Below, piece by piece: positions 57,942 to 64,000 of a stretch of DNA of 64,000 nt. The notes under the pieces were generated by a model. It saw nothing but the letters and a program-made list of their open reading frames with translations. It did not search any database and was not told the origin of the DNA. Both the position numbers and the translations under genes were made by a program. Source of the stretch: Polyangiales bacterium (GTDB lineage: Bacteria; Myxococcota_A; Polyangia; Polyangiales; Ga0077539); the NCBI GenBank assembly GCA_046351515.1, contig JAXLYJ010000005.1, positions 120,318 through 184,317 of the forward strand, in the 5' to 3' direction. The stretch's first letter is position 1, and each line of letters opens with the position of its first letter.

Positions 57942-58559
57942 TCAGTCCCGTTGTGCGCGGGCTCTGTGCGCGGGCTTGGGCGGCTCGAGTCCGCCGCGCA
58001 ACAGCTGGATCAACCCGCGGACGAAGGTCGCTTCGGGAAGCGACATCGCGCGGGGGTCGGGCTGCATGTAGCGATTGAACGCGTAGTTGTGGATCGCGCC
58101 GAGAAACGTGTACGCGAGCACCTCGGCGTCCGTCGGGGCGATACGGCCGAGCCGCGCTTCGGCCTCGAAATACGCGGCGAGCGCGCGCTCGGTCTGGCGC
58201 TTTCCGTCGATGCCTTCGCCGTGCGAGCGCTGCTCTTCGCTGCGGTTGGCGGCGAACATGAGCAGCGGCATCAGCTCGTGCATGAACTCGAGGATCTCGT
58301 GCGCGAGCGACGTGAGCTCGTCGAACACGTCGCCGCGGCCCACGCGCGCTTCGAGCCGCTCTCTCCAAACGGGGCGCAAGGTCAGCAGCGCCGCGCGAAA
58401 CAGCTTCTGCTTGGTGCCGAAGCGGTGAAACAGCGTCCCTTCGCTCACGCCCGCGCGCTCGGCGATCTCTGCGGTCGTCGTGGACGCGCCGCGCTCGCGG
58501 ATCACCGCGCGCGTCGCGTCGAGCAACGTCTCGTCAGCGATGGATTGCGGTCTTGCCAT
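57942..58559 (-). CDS. TetR-family transcriptional regulator
   Basis: N-terminal HTH region: TTAEIAERAGVSEGTLFHRFGTK. Confidence 0.85.
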   Translation of the reverse strand: MARPQSIADETLLDATRAVIRERGASTTTAEIAERAGVSEGTLFHRFGTKQKLFRAALLTLRPVWRERLEARVGRGDVFDELTSLAHEILEFMHELMPLLMFAANRSEEQRSHGEGIDGKRQTERALAAYFEAEARLGRIAPTDAEVLAYTFLGAIHNYAFNRYMQPDPRAMSLPEATFVRGLIQLLRGGLEPPKPAHRARAQRD

Positions 58560-58660
58560 GAGCGACCTCGAGCGTACGACACCCCGCGCGGCGACGAACA
58601 CGCCGCCACGCAACGCCCGCGCAGCGACGACGGGCGAGATGTGTAATTAAGTGAAGACTC

Positions 58661-58689
58661 GATAATGGTCGACGCGAGCCAACCCGTCA
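58661..58689 (-). promoter_or_regulatory. sigma-70-like promoter candidate for the TetR-efflux operon
   Basis: On the minus strand: TTGACG (58689-58684), a 17-nt spacer, then CATTAT (58666-58661). This is about 100 nt upstream of ATG 58559, in a locally AT-richer stretch. Confidence 0.3.
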
Positions 58690-58708
58690 AGACCGCGAGC
58701 GGCGATGC

Positions 58709-59488
58709 TCACTCTTTCTTGGGCTCGATCTCGTCGATGCGGACCGCCTGCATGGTGCTGAGGCTCGGTCGCATGCGATTGGCGCGGGACATGCGCAGGT
58801 ACATCGAGGCGTAGCGATCGTTGGGGTCGATCTCGAGCGCCTCTTGCCAGGCGCCCTCGGCGCCCAGGCGATCGCCGCGCGAATAGCGCGTGACGCCGAG
58901 CTGAATCCGCGGCGGAAGAAAGCGCGGGTTGCTCGCGATCGCCTCGCGGTAGGTCGCCTCGGCTTCTTCGAGCTGACCGCTGTCGCGCAGGACGTTGCCG
59001 AGTCGCGTGCGCAGGTCGGCGAACGACGGGCACAGCGCCAGGGCCTTTCGGTACTCGTCCACGGCGTGTCCGAGCAGGCCGAGGTCCGCGTAGGCCTCGG
59101 CGACGGCGGCGTGGAGGTTGGCGAGCTTTCCTTTCGCGAACGGCTCGATGTCGTCGGGCGTGCGAGAGAGCGCGCCGACGCCCTTGGCCGACAATCGCTG
59201 GTGAATCGCTCGCGCCTCGGCGAACTGGCCGAGCTCGTTGAGCGTCACCGAGAGGTTGATCAGCGCCTCGGTGTAGTTCGGGTTGAGCGCCACCGCGGCC
59301 TCGAAGTGCTTGCGCGCCTCGGTGAACTCTCCGCGCGAGTGCTCGATGAACCCGAGCATGTTGCGCACGTCGGCGTAGTCCAAGCCGCTCTCGATGAGCG
59401 ATCGCAGCAGCGGCGCCGCCTTGTCGTACTCGCGCTGCGCGTAGTGCTCGCGCGCGAGGAGCAGCTGCTGCTTGAGCGCTTCGTCCAC
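58709..59488 (-). CDS. TPR-repeat protein
   Basis: GTG at 59488 is preceded by GAGGGGGAG. There are 5-6 TPR-like units (..AEAYADLGLLGHAVDEYRKALALCP..). Confidence 0.75.
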   Translation of the reverse strand: MDEALKQQLLLAREHYAQREYDKAAPLLRSLIESGLDYADVRNMLGFIEHSRGEFTEARKHFEAAVALNPNYTEALINLSVTLNELGQFAEARAIHQRLSAKGVGALSRTPDDIEPFAKGKLANLHAAVAEAYADLGLLGHAVDEYRKALALCPSFADLRTRLGNVLRDSGQLEEAEATYREAIASNPRFLPPRIQLGVTRYSRGDRLGAEGAWQEALEIDPNDRYASMYLRMSRANRMRPSLSTMQAVRIDEIEPKKE

Positions 59489-59502
59489 GACCGCTCCCCC
59501 TC

Positions 59503-60309
59503 TCAAGTGCGCCCGATGTGCGCGAGATAGCGCCGCGCCGACGGGACGTACTCGCTCTCGCCGAAGTTCTCGATCAACGACTGAAACGCCTCGCGCGCCT
59601 CCCGCGGACGGCCCTGCGAGAGGTACACCTCGCCGATCTTGAGCAGCGCTTGCGCCTCGAGCCCCGAGCCCGAGAAGCTCTCGAGCACCGTGCGCAGCCG
59701 CGCGATGGCCGCGTCGTGATGGCCGCGCGCGAGATAGAAATCCGCCACGTGGATCTCTCCCCGCGCGAGCACCGCGCGCGTCTGCTGCAGCAGCCTTCGC
59801 GCCTCGTCGCCGAACTCGCTCTGGCCGTTGTCGCGGATAAACGCCCGCAGCGAGTCCTGCGCGTCGAGCGCCGTCCCGAGGTCTCGCTCCCACGCCGACG
59901 GGACCAGCGCCCAGTCCTGCGGAATCTGCTGAAAGTGCGACTTCGCGATCATGAACCGCGCGTACGTCACCTCGGGCTGCGTCGGGTGGTAGCGGATCCA
60001 GTTGCGATACGAGCTGACCGCCTCGGGGTAGCGCTCGCTGCGAAAATCAATGTCCGCCAGGCGAAGCTCCGCCAGCCATCCCCAGCGCGAGACGCCGAAC
60101 TCGCGCTTCACGCGGTTCATCGCCTCCTGCGCGTCCGTCCATTCGCCCGCGTCGAAGAGCGTCATCGCTTGCTCGTACTCGCGCCGCGCGCGATCGGAGT
60201 AGTTCAGCGTCGTGCGCCGCTGCTGCGAGGCGCACCCACTGGCTACCGTCGTAGCCATCAGCGCGAGCGAAAGAATCGAGGGGAGGGCGAACAAACGTCG
60301 GCGTAGCAT
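59503..60309 (-). CDS. bamD: outer-membrane protein assembly factor BamD-like lipoprotein
   Basis: Lipobox TTVASGC. 268 aa of TPR-like helices with the typical EYEQAMTLFDAGEW..A...F pattern. Confidence 0.7.
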   Translation of the reverse strand: MLRRRLFALPSILSLALMATTVASGCASQQRRTTLNYSDRARREYEQAMTLFDAGEWTDAQEAMNRVKREFGVSRWGWLAELRLADIDFRSERYPEAVSSYRNWIRYHPTQPEVTYARFMIAKSHFQQIPQDWALVPSAWERDLGTALDAQDSLRAFIRDNGQSEFGDEARRLLQQTRAVLARGEIHVADFYLARGHHDAAIARLRTVLESFSGSGLEAQALLKIGEVYLSQGRPREAREAFQSLIENFGESEYVPSARRYLAHIGRT

Positions 60310-60494
60310 CGTCGGTAGAGTGCGTTCGACCCGATGTTGAAAGTGTTCGGATCGTCGGTCGCGCGCAAGATAGACAAGAGTCGGGCTCGAGGCCACCGCC
60401 GCTCGGATCAAATGTCGCAAACTCGCGATACCTTCTCTCCGCGCTCGTCGATCTTCGAGCTCTCCCCGCGCTCACGAAAGGAAACACTCTCCCC

Positions 60495-60866
60495 ATGAAT
60501 CGTTGGCTCGCTTCTGTTCTCTGTGCGCTCGTGTTGCCTGGCTGCTTCGTCTACACGCGGCCCGATCCGTACACGGTCAACACGGGAGCTACCGTGAGCA
60601 CCAACGTTCAGACCACCGGCGCGCAGTGCACCTGCATGCAGGGCGCCGCCGAGGTCTGCAACGGCTGCGATGACAACTGCAACGGCTCGGTCGACGAGGG
60701 ATGCTCGGGCGGCTCGGTCGTCACCACCAGCGTCGCGACCCCCACGGGCGGCGTCGTCGTCAACAACCCGCCCCCGCGCCAGTGCACCTGCGTGCAGGGC
60801 GCCCAAGAAATCTGCGGCAACGGCTGCGACGACAACTGCAACGGCTCGATCGACGAGGGCTGCTGA
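60495..60866 (+). CDS. small lipoprotein with two MopE-type putative metal-binding motifs
   Basis: Lipobox VLPGC. Two copies of CTC(M/V)QGA.E(V/I)C(N)GCDDNCNGS(V/I)DEGC. Confidence 0.7.
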   Translation: MNRWLASVLCALVLPGCFVYTRPDPYTVNTGATVSTNVQTTGAQCTCMQGAAEVCNGCDDNCNGSVDEGCSGGSVVTTSVATPTGGVVVNNPPPRQCTCVQGAQEICGNGCDDNCNGSIDEGC

Positions 60867-60911
60867 TCGCCGCGACTTGCGCGCGCTGTCCCGCCCTGCG
60901 CGACGCCGCGC

Positions 60912-62552
60912 TCAGACCGAGATCGCGCCCTTTCTGAACTCGCTCGACGCGATCTTCACGTTGACGACCGCGGGGCGCTTCTCGGCCTCGGCCGCGCGAA
61001 ACGCCGCTTCGAACGCGGGCCTCAAGTCCGAGGCCTTCTCGACCCACGCGCCGAAGCAGCCGAGCGCCTCGGCGACCTTCTCGTAGCGCGTGTATTCGAG
61101 GGCCGTCGCGACGGCGCGGTCTTCGCCGTACATCTCGACCTGCCCGCGTCGGATCTGCGTCCATCCCGCGTCGTTGCCGATGACGCACACGACGGGAATC
61201 TTCTGGCGATACATCGCTTCGAGCTCCATCGCGTGGAGCCCGAACGAGCCGTCGCCGAACACGAGCACCACGCGCGAGTCGGGCCTGGCGAGCTTGGCGG
61301 CCATGGCGTAGCCGGGGCCGACGCCCAGCGTCCCGAGCGGTCCGGGGTCCATCCAGAAGCCCTTGGGCTTGACGTTGAGCACGTACGCCGCGGTCGCGAC
61401 GAAGTCACCGCCGTCGCCGACGACGATGCTGTCCTCCTGCAAGAACTTGTCGAGCTCGGCGCACACGCGCAGCGGGTTGGGCGGATCGGAGTCGAGCTCC
61501 ATCTCAGCGCGCATCTTCGCCTTGCGCTTGTCCTCGTCGCGACGAATCGCCGCGATCCAATCGCCCGCTTCGCGCTTGGGCAGCGCCGTCGTGAGCGCGC
61601 TCAGCATCAAGCCCGTGTCCGAGACGATGCCGACGTCGACGCCCTTGTTGTGGCCGATCTGCGCGGCGTCGCGGTCGACCTTGATGATCTTGGTGCCCGG
61701 GCTCCACGTGGGGGCGCGGCCGTAGTCGACGCGAAAATCAAAGGGCGTCCCGCACATGAGCACGACGTCCGCTTGCTCGAGCGCGGCGCGGCGCGAGCGC
61801 GTGAAGAGGCACGGGTGGTCGGGCGGGAGCGAGGCGCGGGCCATTCCGTTGCAGAAGGTCGGCATCGGAAAGTGCGCGAGGAGCGAGGCGAGCGAGTCGC
61901 GATCGGAGCTCCAGCGGAGCTGCGAGCCGATGATCGCGACGGGGCGCTCTGCTTCGGCGAGGAGATTCACAGCCTTCGAGAGGTAGTACGGGTCTGGCGC
62001 CGGCTGCGCTGCGGTGCGCGCCGTCGCAGGGTCGGGCCACTCTTCGACCGCGGCGAAGTTCATGAGAACGTCGAGCGGAAGCTCGAGGTACGTCGGGCCG
62101 GGGACGCCCGTGGTCGCGACGCGAAACGCCATACTCACGTACTCAGCGAGCCGGTCGGTGTGGATCACGCGCCAGCAGCCCTTCGTGATCGGCTTGATCA
62201 AATCCAGGTGATTCATGTCCTGCAGCGACCCGCGATCCGCGAGCAGTGCGGGCCCTGCGCCGCCGATGCACACCATCGGAACGCCCGCGCGCTGCGCGTT
62301 CGCGAGCGCCGTCACCACGTCGGTCACGCCCGGCCCCGCCGTCACCGCGACCACGCCCGGGACGCCCGTCACCCGCGCCCACCCGTCCGCGCAGTGCCCC
62401 GCCGTCTGCTCGTGGCGCACGTCCACCACGCGGATCCCCGTGTCCAAACAGCCGTCGTAGATGGACTGGATGTGCCCGCCGCAGAGCGTGAACAAGTGCG
62501 TCACGCCTTCGCGCTTCAGTTGCTCCGCGACGATTCGACCGCCGTGCATCAT
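60912..62552 (-). CDS. thiamine-diphosphate-dependent enzyme (acetolactate synthase / 2-hydroxyacyl-CoA lyase-like)
   Basis: 546 aa. The N-terminal Pyr domain has [15 protein letters not shown]. The C-terminal PP domain has the GDGSFG..NDAGW ThDP-binding motif. Confidence 0.85.
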   Translation of the reverse strand: MMHGGRIVAEQLKREGVTHLFTLCGGHIQSIYDGCLDTGIRVVDVRHEQTAGHCADGWARVTGVPGVVAVTAGPGVTDVVTALANAQRAGVPMVCIGGAGPALLADRGSLQDMNHLDLIKPITKGCWRVIHTDRLAEYVSMAFRVATTGVPGPTYLELPLDVLMNFAAVEEWPDPATARTAAQPAPDPYYLSKAVNLLAEAERPVAIIGSQLRWSSDRDSLASLLAHFPMPTFCNGMARASLPPDHPCLFTRSRRAALEQADVVLMCGTPFDFRVDYGRAPTWSPGTKIIKVDRDAAQIGHNKGVDVGIVSDTGLMLSALTTALPKREAGDWIAAIRRDEDKRKAKMRAEMELDSDPPNPLRVCAELDKFLQEDSIVVGDGGDFVATAAYVLNVKPKGFWMDPGPLGTLGVGPGYAMAAKLARPDSRVVLVFGDGSFGLHAMELEAMYRQKIPVVCVIGNDAGWTQIRRGQVEMYGEDRAVATALEYTRYEKVAEALGCFGAWVEKASDLRPAFEAAFRAAEAEKRPAVVNVKIASSEFRKGAISV

Positions 62553-62639
62553 GGTGCGTCTTCTCTCCTGTCGTCGCGGATCGTGGGCGCGAACGACGCG
62601 CGCGAGCGTACCTCAACGGGATACAGTCACGTCCCTCTC

Positions 62640-63392
62640 ATGTGGCACCGGCATCGATCTGCTCCTGCGTCGGCGTGGTTCGCCGCTTCGCTCGGGCTCA
62701 TCGCCGGGCTCGCGGTCTTCGTCACGCTCGACGCGACGGTCGTTCGGCCGGCGCTCGAACAGAGCGCGTTTACCGCAGGGATTCCGCGGGCAAAGCTCTC
62801 GAGTCCGTCCCGCGAGCGCGCGGTGTACCGCGTCGTCCTGCGCCCCCGCGAGCGCTCACAGAGCCCCTCGGGCGCCGAGGTCGTCGCGCATCGTTGGACC
62901 CTTCGCAGGCCCGCTTTGCGTGCGAGCGACGGCGCGCCTCCGCCCATCGTCGGCGAGGACACCACGTGCGTCGCCGAGGCCGATGGAGCGCGGGTCGAAG
63001 TCGCCCTCCCGCTGCGCAACAACGAGTGGGGCGAGGGCCGCGTGCGCGAGGTTCCTTCGAGGCTGCGCGCGGTGTTGCCCGAAGCGAGCGAGCCGGGCGC
63101 GGTGTACACCGAGTGGCGCGTGCTCGACGGGCAGCGCGCGGACGTCGTCGGGTGCGTGCGCGACGCGGGCGACCAAGATCCCTCGCGCGCCGATCGCCCA
63201 GCGCCGCGCGTGCTCGGAGACTGCGGCGACGGCGCTCCGTCGCGCGTGTTCTTGCTGCCCTCGCGCGCGGTCGCGCGGGCTCGATCGATGATCGCGCTCG
63301 AGCGCGTCTCCGCTGCGTCCGGCGCCTTCGCCATCGCCTGCGTGCTCGCGGGCTTCGGCGCGCTTCGCTCGTGGAAGAGCCGCGCGCCATGA
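62640..63392 (+). CDS. hypothetical membrane-anchored protein
   Basis: ATG at 62640. N-terminal and C-terminal hydrophobic helices. High GC3. Only the last 251 codons of track ORF 61233..63392 are plausible. Confidence 0.55.
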   Translation: MWHRHRSAPASAWFAASLGLIAGLAVFVTLDATVVRPALEQSAFTAGIPRAKLSSPSRERAVYRVVLRPRERSQSPSGAEVVAHRWTLRRPALRASDGAPPPIVGEDTTCVAEADGARVEVALPLRNNEWGEGRVREVPSRLRAVLPEASEPGAVYTEWRVLDGQRADVVGCVRDAGDQDPSRADRPAPRVLGDCGDGAPSRVFLLPSRAVARARSMIALERVSAASGAFAIACVLAGFGALRSWKSRAP

Positions 63393-64000
63393 TGCTCTTC
63401 GGCCTGCTCGTCGCCCTCGCGTGCCTCTGCGTCGCGCTCTTGCTCGCGATCCGCGCGGCGCGCGCGCTGTGGTCGCGCTCGGGCTGGGTCATCGCGCGCA
63501 CTCCGTGGGGCTCGCGAACGCACGCGGGGCTCGCGATCGCCTCGAGCGAAGAGACCGTCACCGCGCCCTTCAGCGGCCGGCCCGCGCTCTGGGTGCGCGC
63601 GCGCGTGATCGGCCCGCCGCCCGAAGGTGGGCCGCCGCGCGAGCTGTGGAGCCGCGTGCTCTCGGCGCCCGCAACGGTTCGCACCCGCAACGGTCGCGCC
63701 GCGATTCAGTGGGAGAAAACCACGGTGATCGCGCGCGTCGAGTATCGCCGCGGGACCGAGAAGGTGCTCGAGCGCGAGGCTCCTGTGCTCTCGCGCGTCC
63801 TCGCGCGGGCCGGATACAAAGAGCGCCCCAAGGGATCGACGTTCTTCGAGCTCGAAGAAGAGATCCTCGCGCCCAACGCCCGCGTGATCGTGCGCGGCGA
63901 GCTCGGCGAGTCGTTCGAGCCCGTCGTCAGCGAGCCGAGCGTCGTCGTCTCGACGCTCGATCCGCTGCGGCTCGTGGCGCGGCAATCGTGGGGCGCCGTG
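63389..64000 (+). CDS. hypothetical membrane-anchored protein (partial, runs off the right edge)
   Basis: ATG at 63389 overlaps the previous stop (ATGA). MMLFGLLVALACLCVALLLAIRAA is followed by a stop-free GC3-rich frame to 64000. It is not in the track because no stop is present. Confidence 0.5.
   Translation, partial: MMLFGLLVALACLCVALLLAIRAARALWSRSGWVIARTPWGSRTHAGLAIASSEETVTAPFSGRPALWVRARVIGPPPEGGPPRELWSRVLSAPATVRTRNGRAAIQWEKTTVIARVEYRRGTEKVLEREAPVLSRVLARAGYKERPKGSTFFELEEEILAPNARVIVRGELGESFEPVVSEPSVVVSTLDPLRLVARQSWGAV

Overview
High-GC (about 70%) bacterial chromosomal window, very likely Myxococcota. Supporting signs: a MYXO-CTERM-type tail, Myxococcus-type Cys-rich repeats, several Hanks-type Ser/Thr kinases, thrombospondin-type OmpA. 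I call about 48 protein genes. I found no rRNA or tRNA, no CRISPR, and no transposase, integrase or phage genes. Many of the longest ORFs in the track (e.g. 3575..7747-, 14294..17065-, 30904..34014+, 34811..37552+, 39985..42777+, 42841..45345+) are antisense shadows of real genes, as expected at this GC. All domain calls come from motifs read by eye; no HMM or BLAST search was possible. Gene content, left to right: archaemetzincin-like protease, lipase, DAG-kinase-like protein, a hybrid histidine kinase with HPt translationally coupled to a Ser/Thr kinase that carries a receiver domain, maiA, a ~500-bp nested palindromic repeat, DUF2330, selB, a GH1 glucosidase with two paralogous membrane proteins, the rSAM cluster described below, a VKOR-DsbA fusion, a MYXO-CTERM protein, a flippase, an AddB/AddA-like helicase-nuclease pair, an SDR, a STAND-type kinase, a long envelope operon (Cys-rich lipoproteins, TlpA-like thioredoxins, beta-barrel, OmpA), psd coupled to a methyltransferase, a TetR-TolC-DevCAB-like exporter, BamD, and a TPP enzyme. 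Best candidate for an undescribed system: 19304-24751. It encodes an anSME-like radical SAM/SPASM enzyme, a 174-aa Tat/lipobox-signal protein with seven P-x-x-C-L-[SAG] repeats, a three-domain fusion (B12-binding domain, radical SAM core, isoaspartyl-methyltransferase-like domain), and an adenylate-forming ligase. Secondary observation: five apparent single-base frameshifts in otherwise conserved genes, all within the first 12.3 kb.
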